DNA of 63,748 nucleotides, filler included, from Licmophora abbreviata (GCA_900291995.1; 18 parts of 18 records of this genome joined end to end with filler, not necessarily neighbours in it), one strand, 5' to 3'. Shown: positions 52,502 through 63,748, counted from the whole stretch's first letter. A program made the numbers and translations. Notes: generated from the sequence alone by a model not told the origin.

Positions 52502-54535
52502 ATGTCTCAGTATGATCCCGACCATGAATTGACGCCCGAAGAGCTTCACGAGATCGAGCGCAAATTCGATCCCGAACTGGCCTTCAGGCCAACGGGCAAG
52601 GTCATCGGGATCGCCATAAGCGCCCTGCTGGTGGCGATGTCGGTCTATCATTTCTACGCCTCGGGCTTTGCGCTGGTGCGCGAGTTGCTGCATCGCGGGA
52701 TCCATTTGTCTTTCGTGCTGGGGCTTGTGTTCCTGCTTTTTGCATGGCGCAGATCGCTGAGCACGGATCTGCCGAAACCGGCGTGGCACAGGATCAACGG
52801 GGTGCCCGTCGTGGATATCCTGCTGGCTTGTCTGGCGGTGGGGGCGTCGCTTTACCTGCCGCTGCTGCCGCCGGAGATCGTATCGGTGCGGGTCGGCAAC
52901 CCGTCGTCCTTCGATGTGGTGATGGGCACGGCGCTGTTGCTGCTGACGCTCGAGGCCACGCGGCGCTCGGTCGGCTCGACGCTGCCTCTGATCGCGCTGG
53001 TCTTCGTGGCCTTCGCGCTTTTCGGGCCATGGGCGCCGGGGGCGCTGAAGCATGGGGGGGTGGCCTGGGAGGGGCTGATCAACCATCTCTACATGACCAA
53101 TCAGGGGATCTATGGCATCGCCATCGGGGTGATGGCGCAATATGTGTTCCTGTTCATCCTGTTCGGCGTGCTGGCCACACGGATCGGGCTGGGGCAGCTG
53201 TTCATCGATCTGGCGATGGTGGTGGCGGGGCGCTATGCGGGCGGACCGGCCAAGGTGGCGATCTTCTCGTCGGCCTTCATGGGCACCATATCCGGCTCGA
53301 GCATCGCCAACACGGTGACGACCGGAGCGCTGACCATCCCGGCGATGAAAAAGGTGGGATATCCGCCGCATTTCTCGGGCGCGGTCGAGGCGACCTCGTC
53401 CACCGGCGGGCAGATCACGCCGCCCATTCTGGGGGCTGCGGCCTTCATCATGGTGGAGTATCTGGAAATTCCGCTGCGCGATGTTCTGGCCGCCGCCCTG
53501 TTCCCGGCCTTGCTGCATTATTTCGGCATCTTCATCATGGTGCATCTGGAGGCCCGCAAGCTGGGCCTGCGCGGGCTGAGGGCGGATGAGCTGCCCAAGA
53601 TGGGGATCGTACTGCGCCAGCATTGGCTGTCGGTCATTCCGCTGATCGTTCTGGTCTACATGATCCTGAGCGGCAAGACCCCGGATTTCGCGGCGGTCTA
53701 TGGCATCATCGCCTGTGTCGTGATCGGGTTTCTGAACCCGGTCAACCGGCTGTCCTTGCACGATCTGTGGACCGCGCTGGCGGATGGCGCGCGTAATACG
53801 CTGGCCGTGGGGGCGGCTGCGGCGACGGTGGGCATCGTCGTCGGTGTCGTCACGCTGACGGGTGTGGGCTTCAGGCTGGGCTATGTGGTGGTGCAGACGG
53901 CGACCGATATCGGCAATATCGCCGGGAGCGTCTGGCCGCTGAGCCTGTTCACGATCGGTCAGTGGACGCTGTTCTTTTCGCTGATCCTGATCGCGGTGGC
54001 CTGCATCATCATGGGCGCGGGCATCCCGACCACGGCCACCTATATCATCCTTGTTGCGGTGGCGGCCCCGGCGCTTGGCCTGCTGCAGGTCGAGCCGATC
54101 GTCGCGCATTTCTTCGTGTTCTATTACGGCGTGCTGGCCGATATCACGCCGCCCGTGGCCCTTGCGGCCTATGCGGCGGCGGGGATCGCGGGGGCCAACC
54201 CGTTCAAGACCGGCAATACCGCGTTCCGGCTGGGCATCGCCAAGGCGCTGGTGCCGTTCGTGTTCGTCTATTCCCCGGCGCTGTTGATCGTCACGGACGG
54301 GTTCACCTGGGCTGCGTTCACGGTGACGCTGGCGGGGGCGATGATCGGGATCGCCGGGCTTGGCGTGGCGTTCTCGGGCTTTTTCCTCACGCATATGTCG
54401 CGGCTGGAGCGGTGGTGGGTCGGGCTGGTGTCGCTGCTCTTCATCGCGCCGGGCCTGACCACGATGGCGGTGGGCCTTCTGCTATGGGCGCCGGTTTTCT
54501 TCGTTCAGATGACCAAACGCGCCAAGTCCGCGTAG
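52502..54535 (+). CDS. TRAP transporter 4TM/12TM fused permease
   Basis: GGPAKVA, SGSSIAN, STGGQITPP, GIPTTATY, DITPPVALA. Confidence 0.93.
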   Translation: MSQYDPDHELTPEELHEIERKFDPELAFRPTGKVIGIAISALLVAMSVYHFYASGFALVRELLHRGIHLSFVLGLVFLLFAWRRSLSTDLPKPAWHRINGVPVVDILLACLAVGASLYLPLLPPEIVSVRVGNPSSFDVVMGTALLLLTLEATRRSVGSTLPLIALVFVAFALFGPWAPGALKHGGVAWEGLINHLYMTNQGIYGIAIGVMAQYVFLFILFGVLATRIGLGQLFIDLAMVVAGRYAGGPAKVAIFSSAFMGTISGSSIANTVTTGALTIPAMKKVGYPPHFSGAVEATSSTGGQITPPILGAAAFIMVEYLEIPLRDVLAAALFPALLHYFGIFIMVHLEARKLGLRGLRADELPKMGIVLRQHWLSVIPLIVLVYMILSGKTPDFAAVYGIIACVVIGFLNPVNRLSLHDLWTALADGARNTLAVGAAAATVGIVVGVVTLTGVGFRLGYVVVQTATDIGNIAGSVWPLSLFTIGQWTLFFSLILIAVACIIMGAGIPTTATYIILVAVAAPALGLLQVEPIVAHFFVFYYGVLADITPPVALAAYAAAGIAGANPFKTGNTAFRLGIAKALVPFVFVYSPALLIVTDGFTWAAFTVTLAGAMIGIAGLGVAFSGFFLTHMSRLERWWVGLVSLLFIAPGLTTMAVGLLLWAPVFFVQMTKRAKSA

Positions 54536-54564
54536 CCGCTGGCATCCAAGCGGTGACCGGGCTG

Positions 54565-57500
54565 TCAGACCCGGTTTTCCAGCGGCGTCTTGCCGTTCAT
54601 CGACAGGCGTTCGGCCATTTTGATGCCGCGGCGCACCGGGATCAGGGGTCGCGCGGGCAGGGGGGCGTCATAGGTCGCAGGATCGGCCAGTTCGGGGAAC
54701 AGCGTGAAGATTTCTTCGCGCGCCGCCGGAGACACGGCCTTGAGCGCTTCGGGGCCTGTGAACAGCGACTCGGTCGGGGCGCCTTCGGAGAAGATCACCT
54801 GATGACGGTCGAACAGGATGTGCCAGTATTCGACGCCATTGGGGGCCTCATCGACCTCGACGCCATGCAGCGCCACAAGCGCCTTGGCTGGCACGAGCAC
54901 CTCGTCGGTCTGGAACATGCGGCGCGTCACCTTGGAGCGCATGAGCACGCGGTGCTGCGGTGAGACCACCAGATCGCGGACCGGCAAGTTCGTGCTTAGC
55001 GTGCCTTCGCGAATGCGGATCGGCCGGAGCTTGGGATTTGCGGCCAGTTCCGCTCCGCTGAGCTTGCGTGAGCCGATCCAGCGGATGGGCTGATAGCCGT
55101 CATCCATCGTGATGGCGCGATCCGAGGTGGTCAGCTCTTCGACGGGAACTTCGCCGCGATCGGTCGCGATCAAGGTGCCGCGCGTGAAGCAGACGACGAA
55201 ATTCTCGATCTCGGAGAAATTTATGGTGACGAGGTCGCCACTGGCGTCGAAATAGGTGGCTGTGCCGCTTTCGCTGGCCGGATCGTCGCCGGTATAGGTG
55301 ATGTCCACCGGCCCCAGCCCGGTCAGCACAAGGGTGTCGCCTGCGGTCTCGGCCCCTTCGCCGCCGGTGATCGTGATGGTGCCGGGGCCGTCGGTGATCG
55401 ATTGATCGATGGTGAAAATGTCGTCGCCGTCGCCGCCCGAGGCGGTGTCATTGGCCGAGACGATCAGGCTGTCGTTGCCTTCGCCGCCATCGAGCGAGTC
55501 AGCGCCAGCCCCCCCATCGAGCGTGTCATTGTCCATCTCGCCCAACAGGGTGTCATTGCCCGCGCCGCCAACCAGCAGGTCATTGCCTTCGCTGCCGCGC
55601 ATGTCGTCGTTGCCGTCGCCGCCGAAGACGAGGTCATCGCCTGTGTCCCCATCGAGGAAATCATCCCCGAGGCCACCTTCGAGACTGTCATTGCCGTCGC
55701 CGCCGCGCAGATCGTCATTGCCGGTGCCACCTGTAACGGTGTCGTCGCCGGCGCCGGCATCGACGAAATCATTGTCCGCGCCGCCGTCGACAACGTCATT
55801 GCCGCCACCTGCGCGGATGTCATCATCGCCGCCATTGCCAAGGATCGTATCGGCGCCTTCGGTGATTGCGTCCCCTTCGGCGTCGGCAAAGCCAACCGGC
55901 ATGAACTGACCGGATTCGGTGCCGTCCACCGCGTCGGTGAGGATCAGTTCGATGCCTTCGAAGGTCAGGGTTTCTCCCGTGGAGAAGGTGACGACACCGC
56001 GCACGGCGCCGGGATCGTCCGGGTCGTCCTCTTTCTGGATCTGTACGACATCGGCGCCGCGCAGATCGAGCGTGTCGAGATCCGTTGTCCCTTCGGCGCC
56101 GCCGAAGACCACATCGCCTGCCGCATCGGCGGTGGGGTCGTCGGTCGTGACGAAATTGTTGTCGGCGGTGAAGAAATCATTGCCAAGACCGCCATCGAGC
56201 GTATCCGCCCCGGCACCGCCGACCAGCGTGTCGCTGCCCGCGCCCCCCTGAACGAGGTCGTTGCCATCGTCGCCTGCGACGAAATCCGCGCCGTCGCCGC
56301 CATCGAGCGTGTCGTTGCCGTCCTGGCCGCCCATGAAGTCGTCACCGGCGCCGCCGAATATCTGGTCGTCGCCCGCGCCGCCCAGCATGTCATCATTGCC
56401 CGCGTCGCCGGACAGGACATCGTTCCCGTCTTCGCCGCGCAACACATCGTTGCCGTCTCCGCCGATCAGCGTGTCATTGCCCGCGCCGCCCTCGACGAAA
56501 TCATCGCCTGTGCCGGCATCGACGCTGTCATCGCCACCGCCCGCCGCAATGCTGTCATTGCCGTCGACGGTCACGATCGTGTCGGCGCCTTCGGTGACCC
56601 GGTCGCCCTGCGCGTCGATGAACCCGACATTGATGGTGTCTGCCGAGGATGTGCCATCGACAATGCCGTCTGCGTCGGTCAGGACCGTCTCGATCTCGGA
56701 GAAGGCGATGGTGACCGGATCGCCAGCCGTGTTGATATAGGTCGCCGTGCCGCTTTCGCTGATGCCGGTGACAGGATTGAAGGTCGGATCACTGCTGTTG
56801 TAGACCACGGTGACAGGCCCCAGCCCCCGCAGATCCAGAGTGTCGCCACCCGTCTCGACGGTTTCGCCGCCGGTGATGGTCGCATTGCCGCCCGTGGGAA
56901 GGATCGAATCGACAAGGAAGATATCGTCGCCATCGCCGCCGCTGGCCGTGTCATCCGCGCCCAGCACGAAAGAATCCGCGCCCGCGCCGCCGACGAGGGA
57001 ATCCGCGCCTTCGCCCCCCGCAAGCGTGTCGTTGCCGTCGCCGCCGAAGATCTGATCGTCTCCCGTGCCGCCGCGCAGGTCGTCATTGCCCTCATCGCCG
57101 TTGATCGTGTCATTGCCCGCACCGCCTTCGGCAAAGTCGTCACCCGTGCCGCCCGAGATGAAGTCATCTCCATCCTCGCCGCGCAGGTCGTCATTGCCAG
57201 CGTCCCCAAGCAGCACGTCATTATCAAAGCCACCGGCCAGCAGATCGTTGCCATCGCCGCCAAACAGGGTGTCGATACCGGCCCCGCCGAACAGCTGATC
57301 ATCGCCCGCCTGGCCGCGCAGGTCGTCGTTGCCTTCATCGCCGTTGATCGTGTCGTTGCCTGCACCGCCATCGGCGAAATCGTCGCCGGTGCCGCCCGAG
57401 ATGAAGTCATCTCCATCCTCGCCGCGCAGGTCGTCATTGCCGGCGTCCCCAAGCAGCACGTCATTATCGAAGCCACCGGCCAGCAGATCGTTGCCATCGC

Positions 57501-57803
57501 CGCCGAACAGGGTGTCGATACCGGCACCGCCGAACAGCTGATCGTCNNNNNNNNNNNNNNNNNNNNNNNNNNNNNNNNNNNNNNNNNNNNTTAATTAATT
57601 AANNNNNNNNNNNNNNNNNNNNNNNNNNNNNNNNNNNNNNNNNNNNCATTGGCATCGGTTGTGGTTGTCGCAATGACCGTCCCGCCGGAATCCAGAAGCT
57701 GGATGGTTTGACCGGCGATGCCGCTGTCGAAGCCACCGATACCGTCGTTTTCGGTATTGTCGAGATTGCTGTCCGAGACGATGCGGCCGTTGATACTCGC
57801 CAT
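54565..57803 (-). CDS. RTX (Ca-binding nonapeptide repeat) protein with N-terminal SdrD-B-like domain and C-terminal Hint domain (gap 57547-57646)
   Basis: MASINGRIVSDSN...TTTTDAN; dozens of GGxGxDxLx repeats; VVCFTRGTLIAT...VSPQHRVL...YWHILFDRHQVIFSEGAPTES. Confidence 0.88.
57060..57546 (-). repeat. intragenic tandem repeat, 243-bp period (81 aa = 9 RTX nonapeptides), at least 2 copies
   Basis: Identical anchors at 57101 and 57344; the array runs into the gap. Confidence 0.9.
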
Positions 57804-58937
57804 GTCAGATCCCCCCGCGCAAGGACGGGTGGACCGCTGCCGTCAGGCCGAGCAGGGCCAGGGTGCGGGCATGAGCCAGCCTGTGTGCGGCCGAAAGCCG
57901 TGACAGGGACGCATGGCGAGAGTTGTCCGGGAGACTACCTTTGCCGGGCGTACAGATACGCCGGCGCCAATGGCACCGAGTTTGGGCTTGACAAACAAGT
58001 TCCATATCGCAAGTCGCGAACGCCATACCATTCCTCCAAAGGCGCCGGACAGCCCTTCACAGAGCTGCAACGGTCACCTGCACACAACATTTAGCGTCTG
58101 CGTCAGGCTGTCCGGATCGGTCCGGCGGCCTGACGCCACATCACGCTCAATGGATGCTCCCGAGTGCTTCGATAGTCCATCCAAGGGGTTTCGATTTTCG
58201 GAAAAACCAAGCGGGAAGTGGCTAAATTCAAGGGAGATTTTAGTGCGATTCAGAGGGGCTATTCAAAAGTAGTGCATAGTGTTAAATATTTGATTTAAAG
58301 TGAAAAAATATGATAAATTGGGGGCCTCGGAGGTGCGGGTGCCATGCCGGGCAAAACATGTCAAATTTGAGATGTGGCCTAAACGACACGGCGGTCCAAC
58401 GGGTCGAAATTCCGTCATCACAATCCGGCCGCACTCCCAACATTTGAGCGATTTCGTGTGGTCACAATTGGCCGGATCGCACCAATATGTTGACACAAAA
58501 TGGACGCCATCCGAATCACTTGTCTTTTGGCAGGTCCGGGTCTGTCGGGGGTGCCGGGATTGAAGTTCGGACGTCGCGGTGTCCGACATAGGCGTATCTG
58601 TATCCCGCCCCTGCGCATCGGGAGGCCCGCCGGTGGTATCGATCTCGGTCTTGGGTCCAGTTGCGGGTCCGGTTACGCCTGCCATCTGCGATGCAGGTGG
58701 GACGAAGATGAGGAGAAGCCCGGCAAACCACCTATACACTGCAATTTGCTTGACCTCGGCCGCGCCACTCACTTGCGGCTTCCGTTAAAATAACCTGCTA
58801 TTGAAATACGTGTTCTCACCTTCGTCCCACGTGAACCTTAGAATCATGATTTTCTTGAAGGAATGTGTGGATTCACACATATGAGAAATAAGCGGCTTGT
58901 TTAGAGTGATATGCGTTGTGGTGAGCAAGAGTTGTCC

Positions 58938-59582
58938 GTGACCGACCATTCCGTTCTTATCATCGAGGATCGGGCCGATATCGTCGCCCGTCTGAGCGAT
59001 GCGATCAACGTGACGGACGGGCTGAGCCTTGTGGGCTGTGCCTCGACGCTGGATCAGGGGCTCAACCTGCTGTTCGATCTCAAGCCGCGTATCCTGCTGG
59101 TGGATATCGGATTGCCCGACGGGTCGGGGGTGGAAGCTGTGCGCGCCTGCACCGCCGCTGACTGGCAGGTCGACGCAGTGGTCGTGTCGATCTTCGGGGA
59201 CGAGGCCCGGGTTCTGGAGGCGATTCAGGCCGGGGCGAAGGGATATCTTCTCAAAGGCGCTGATCTGGGCCAGATCGGGACCGATATCCTGTCTGTTCTG
59301 GACGGTGGCAGCCCGATCAGCCCCGGTATCGCCCGCCATCTTCTGGCGGTGGTCAAGGAGGGGGGCACGGGCTCTGTGGAACCGGGGTTGTCCCCCCTGA
59401 CCGAGCGCGAGGCCGAAATTTTGCAGGCGGTGGCAAGGGGATACAAGCGGCACGAGATCGCGCAACACCTGGGCATCAGCGCCGGGACGGTGGGCAATCA
59501 CATCACGTCGATCTACCGCAAGCTCGAGGTGAGCACCAATATGGAAGCCGTGGCGCGCGCGTCGAAGAAAGGCTTCCTGTGA
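58938..59582 (+). CDS. NarL/LuxR-family response regulator
   Basis: LIIED, LVDIGLPDGSG, GAKGYLLK, LTEREAEIL...IYRKL. Confidence 0.92.
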   Translation: MTDHSVLIIEDRADIVARLSDAINVTDGLSLVGCASTLDQGLNLLFDLKPRILLVDIGLPDGSGVEAVRACTAADWQVDAVVVSIFGDEARVLEAIQAGAKGYLLKGADLGQIGTDILSVLDGGSPISPGIARHLLAVVKEGGTGSVEPGLSPLTEREAEILQAVARGYKRHEIAQHLGISAGTVGNHITSIYRKLEVSTNMEAVARASKKGFL

Positions 59583-61390
59583 GCCCTTTCCGCATCAGAG
59601 TCATTGCCGGCATGTGCGTCTGGGTGGCCGGACTGCTGGCCGTGTTGTTCGCGCTCAACCTTGGCCAGATCCGCGACATTCCGGGTGCGGTGATGGTTCA
59701 GCAGGTGATGCTGTGCGATGGACCGAGCTGTGCCAGCGGTGACATGGTGGATTTGCCGTTTTTCGCGCCTATCCGCTTCGATCCGCAGCCCGAAACGCTG
59801 CACATGCGCGTCACGCTGCAGCAGATGACATCGCCCGATGGGCTGAACGCACTCTATTTTCCAAAGCTTTCCGACAATGTGGATATCTGGGTTAATGGGC
59901 AACTGTTGCATCCCAACACGCTGCCACGCCGTCTGTGGAATACGCCCTTGCTGGTTCCGGTGCCCGGCCCTCTGGTCGAGACAGGAGAGGTGGCGATCAT
60001 CCTTGCCCTGCGCGGAATGCAGCCCGAGGGGTTGGACCTGCAACCGTTTTTCTATGGACCCAAAAAACTGATCGCCCCGCATCAGGCCGTGCGGGCCTTC
60101 TTTGGGCCGGGGCTGGCGCGGTTCGGTCTGGGGCTGATGGGTATCCTGGCGGTGGCCTTGCTTGTGATATGGGTCTTTCGGCGGCAGGAGCGCGAATATC
60201 TGTGGCTGGGATTGGCCTGTGCCACGGCGCTGATCACACTGGTGCATTTCGGCTATGGCTTTACCCCAACGGGCTATCGGCTCTGGACGGTCATGTGGGT
60301 GCTGTCGGCGTCGCTATATGTACTTTTCATCCTGAAATTTCTGTACCTGTTCGTTGGAATTTCGCTGCCTGGGCTTGAAACGGCGCATGCGGTTGCGTTG
60401 CTGGTATTCGGGGTCGGGGTGATGTTCTTTCCGCCCGAATATGCCTTTGCACTATCCATGTGGGGCAATGTGGCAATCACTGTGCCATCGGCGTTTCTGA
60501 TTCTGGTCGTCATATGGGTCTATCGGGCGCGTATGACCCGGCTGGATTTCGCGATCTTCTTTCCATGTCTCAGCATTGCGATGGTCCTCGGCATTTATGA
60601 GCTACATATGTCGATGGCCAACGCGCCGCTGCGCACGATGCACCTGTTTCACTTCATGCCATTGGTTATGTCGATGGCCTGTAAATGGCTTATCCTGTCG
60701 CGGTTGATCCAGTCCTTGAGGGATTACGAGGATCTGACGGCTTCGCTCAATCATCGCATCATCGAGAAATCCGCCGAGTTGGAGGCCAGTTTTGCCGAAC
60801 TGGCCGACATCCGGCAGCGCGAGGCCATTGCAGCGGAACGTTCCCGCATCATGCTGGACCTGCATGACGGGATCGGGGGGCAGCTTGTCAGCACGCTGTC
60901 CTATATGCGCCGCAATGACGTGGGCGACGACAAATGCCGTCTTGCGCTGGAGGATGCGCTGCGCGATCTGGCCATGATGCTGGACAGCATCGAAAACCAC
61001 GACAGTCTGGTGACCCTTCTGGGGATGCTGCGCACCCGGCTGGAGGGCCTGCTGAGCGAGAATGGCATCGAATTCGACTGGCAGGTGCAAGGCGAGCCGA
61101 GGCCGCGTAACACTGGGCCGTCGCAGGCCTTGAACCTGTCACGGATCGTGCAGGAGGCCATTACAAACGTCATCAAGCATGCGCAGGCGGATACGATCAC
61201 GATTTACGTGGACGAAAGCAGGATCCGGATTTCCGACAATGGCGTGGGTTTCGAGGCGGATGATCCGGGGATCGCCGAAAACCCGTCGCACGGCTTGGCC
61301 AACATGAAGCGCCGAAGCCGGTCGCTTGGGGCGCGGTTCTCGATTTCAAGCTCGTCCAAGGGGACGGATGTCATACTTGACTTCGCATGA
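59579..61390 (+). CDS. membrane sensor histidine kinase (7TM, HisKA_3 type)
   Basis: Periplasmic domain plus ~7 TM; ERSRIMLDLHDGIG, QEAITNVIKHA, DNGVGF, GLANM. Confidence 0.9.
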   Translation: MSPFRIRVIAGMCVWVAGLLAVLFALNLGQIRDIPGAVMVQQVMLCDGPSCASGDMVDLPFFAPIRFDPQPETLHMRVTLQQMTSPDGLNALYFPKLSDNVDIWVNGQLLHPNTLPRRLWNTPLLVPVPGPLVETGEVAIILALRGMQPEGLDLQPFFYGPKKLIAPHQAVRAFFGPGLARFGLGLMGILAVALLVIWVFRRQEREYLWLGLACATALITLVHFGYGFTPTGYRLWTVMWVLSASLYVLFILKFLYLFVGISLPGLETAHAVALLVFGVGVMFFPPEYAFALSMWGNVAITVPSAFLILVVIWVYRARMTRLDFAIFFPCLSIAMVLGIYELHMSMANAPLRTMHLFHFMPLVMSMACKWLILSRLIQSLRDYEDLTASLNHRIIEKSAELEASFAELADIRQREAIAAERSRIMLDLHDGIGGQLVSTLSYMRRNDVGDDKCRLALEDALRDLAMMLDSIENHDSLVTLLGMLRTRLEGLLSENGIEFDWQVQGEPRPRNTGPSQALNLSRIVQEAITNVIKHAQADTITIYVDESRIRISDNGVGFEADDPGIAENPSHGLANMKRRSRSLGARFSISSSSKGTDVILDFA

Positions 61391-61435
61391 TGGCACGCCG
61401 TTTGTCGTGATCGGGTGATTGGCTCGTGGTCGCGG

Positions 61436-62192
61436 TCACATGCCGCTTGTAAAAAGAAACGCCATGTATCCAGCATAGAGAACCAGCATCAGGCCGCCCC
61501 AGATCCGTCCGATCGATTTGGTCGCGAACAGCAGCGCCAGCAGCAGGATGCTGGCCGCAAGCATGATCGGCGCATCGATATCGCGGAACCGGGCCGTGAC
61601 CTCGATGGGTTGAATGACAACCGTAACCCCAAGAATCGCAAGGATATTAAAGATGTTCGAGCCGATCACATTGCCGAGAACCACATCTGAATGACGGCGG
61701 ATGGCGGCGACGATGGCGGTGGCCAGCTCGGGCAGGGATGTGCCGATCGCAACCAGCGACAGGCCAATGACCGCGTCCGGAACGCCGAGATCACGGGCGA
61801 TGTTGACCGCCCCCTCGACCAGCAGATCGGCCCCGAACACCAGCGCCGCGATGCCGCCCAGTGCAAGAACGGGCGGCAGCCATGGGCGCGAGAGGGGGAT
61901 ATCCTCGAATTCTGCGGCCTCGTGCTGGAATGTCTTGGCCAAGCGGTCCCGCCGTTCCAGCCAGTAGCTTGCAAAAAGATAGCCCGCCAGAACCACCAGC
62001 ATCGCGATACCTTGGGTCCGGGTGATGACGGCGGCCTGCATCAGCGCGAGGGCGACAAGCGACACGAGCGTTGCGACCAGTGCCTCGCGCAGCGCCGTGC
62101 GGTCCCATCCGATGATCGGGGCGATCAGCGCCGCCACGCCGACAATCAGCAGGATGTTGGCGATGTTCGAGCCGACGACATTGCCGAGGGCG
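61436..62192 (-). CDS. calcium/sodium antiporter (5' end in gap)
   Basis: GNVVGSNIAN; AIGTSLPEL; GNVIGSNIFN. Confidence 0.9.
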
Positions 62193-62292
62193 NNNNNNNN
62201 NNNNNNNNNNNNNNNNNNNNNNNNNNNNNNNNNNNNTTAATTAATTAANNNNNNNNNNNNNNNNNNNNNNNNNNNNNNNNNNNNNNNNNNNN

Positions 62293-63194
62293 GCGGTTTC
62301 GGCTCATGACTGGCTCGGCCCGCTCCGCTTTCAACCGCGCATGGTGATCGACTGTTCCGGTGACGGCGACCTATCGGCCTGGGCGAGCGTGCCGCACACG
62401 CTTGGCGACGGCAAGGGCAACATGATGGCCGTCAGCCTGACCTTTCACATGGTCGGCGCCGATACCGATGCAGTCTTTGCCGAAGGTGACCCCTATTTCC
62501 GCCGCTTTGCCGCCCGAGGCATCGCCGAAGGTCGGCTGCATCCCGATCTACACAAGCTGTATCCAATGCGCGGTTTTCACGCCGGCACCGTGTTTTGCAA
62601 CACCATGATTATCCGTGGCGTCGACGGCACCGACCCGACTTCCGTCAGCCGCGCAACGCAGGAAGGCCGACGTCGTTGCCACCAGGTCGCGCGCTTTCTG
62701 GCCGGGGACGTGCCTGGTTTCCGGGACGCGCGCATGTGGGGGCTGGGGGCATCCGTCGGTGTGCGGGAAACCCGGCGATTGCAAGCGATCTATCGCATCA
62801 CGAGCGACGACATTGCCCGGGGGGCAAGTTCGACGACGGCATTGCCGCCTGCGACAATCCGATTGACGACGTAATGCGCGCAAGCGCCGAGATGACCCAT
62901 GAAGCGGCGGTCCGTTAGGGCGAGTATTACTCCATCCCATTCCGCGCGCTGGTGCCCGAAACTATCGAGAATCTGCTGTTCGCCGGTCGTCTCATCTGTG
63001 CCGATCCGTTCGCCTTTGCCTCGATCCGCGGCATGCCGCAATGCATGGCGATGGGGCAGGCAACAGGTGTAGCTGCCGCGATGGCACTAGAGGGCGCTTT
63101 GCAGGTCCAGGAAGTGAATGGCGCGGCACTGGCTGCCGAACTGTTCCGGCAAGGGCTTGCCGGAATCGCCGATCGGAAACTGGTGGCTTACTGA
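62293..63194 (+). pseudogene. FAD-dependent oxidoreductase (FAD_oxidored-like) with frameshift and in-frame stop
   Basis: IDCSGDGDL, VGVRETRR, YSIPFRALVP..NLLFAGR..MGQATG; missing G in the run near 62819-62824 and TAG at 62916-62918. Confidence 0.7.
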
Positions 63195-63609
63195 TGATCC
63201 AGGGAATTCCAGTAATTCTTAAACATAATTAGGACTCTTCGTAGTTTGGGCGCCGGCAAGTGTCTTGTCAAAAGAGCCTGAAGCAAGCATCGTTTGCGGC
63301 GGTACGTTGGAAACCTCCATACACATCCTCGCTAATGGAGGAGCGGAGCGAAACGGGCTTCTCAACATTATGTTGGAGGTATGGTGTGCAGGTGAAGAGC
63401 ATACGGGATTGACCGGCTGTTTGGAGCCTTCTTGGAAATTCAATAGAGACGTATATCAGCTATCGATTAGGGGCCCGGGATAACAGTCCCGCTCAAACAC
63501 CGCCGTTTGCTTGTCTTCACCCTTGGGGGGCTAGACTGCCCCAATTCGTGTGCCGTATGTGTGCAATATGGTTCCAAAGGCCGGATCGCGGGCCATAGGA
63601 GAATTAGGA

Positions 63610-63748
63610 ATGCCCAACAACGCAGCCACAGCAGCAGCGATAGTATCCTGTGCCCCTATGATGGATTGGACCGACCGTCATTGCCGATATCTGCATCGGC
63701 TTTTGTCTCGTCGGGCCTTGCTGTACACTGAAATGGTCACTGCGCCGG
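63610..63748 (+). CDS. dusA: tRNA-dihydrouridine synthase A, 5' part (not in ORF track)
   Basis: ...[32 protein letters not shown]. Confidence 0.9.
   Translation, partial: MPNNAATAAAIVSCAPMMDWTDRHCRYLHRLLSRRALLYTEMVTAP

Noticed and set aside
1883..62292. 17 recurring N-run/TTAATTAATTAA/N-run blocks
   Set aside because: Artificial 100-nt scaffold spacer with stops in all six frames; not a biological repeat or CRISPR. ORF tails ending in XXX-LIN are artefacts.

Overview
GC-rich draft-assembly window from a marine Roseobacter-group alphaproteobacterium (Rhodobacteraceae; inferred from gene content). It is cut by 17 artificial 100-nt gaps (N-run/TTAATTAATTAA/N-run), so several genes are split and contig order across gaps is not guaranteed. 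About 0.8-12.6 kb is an accessory island beginning right after a tRNA-Leu(GAG). It holds an ATP-grasp ligase paired with a large hypothetical protein showing a papain-like Cys-His-Asn triad, two VPLPA-CTERM surface proteins, a tyrosine recombinase, two inverted copies of a ~185-bp non-coding sequence, a compact protein with PolA/T7-RNA-polymerase palm motifs, and a DUF2779-type nuclease. The recombinase/repeat/polymerase-like module is the best candidate for an undescribed system. The rest is mostly core or catabolic: ggt, a GcvT-type dehydrogenase, cuyR-cuyA, rsgA, a nucleoside ABC transporter, dnaE, slyX, hisS-hisZ-hisG, nrdJ, a large VPLPA-CTERM adhesin-like gene, an IclR/peptide-ABC/GGT-like/M20/TAXI-TRAP cluster, an RTX-Hint protein and a two-component system. 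The window ends with a decayed segment abutting the 5' end of dusA. All family calls come from motif recognition by eye; no database searches were run.
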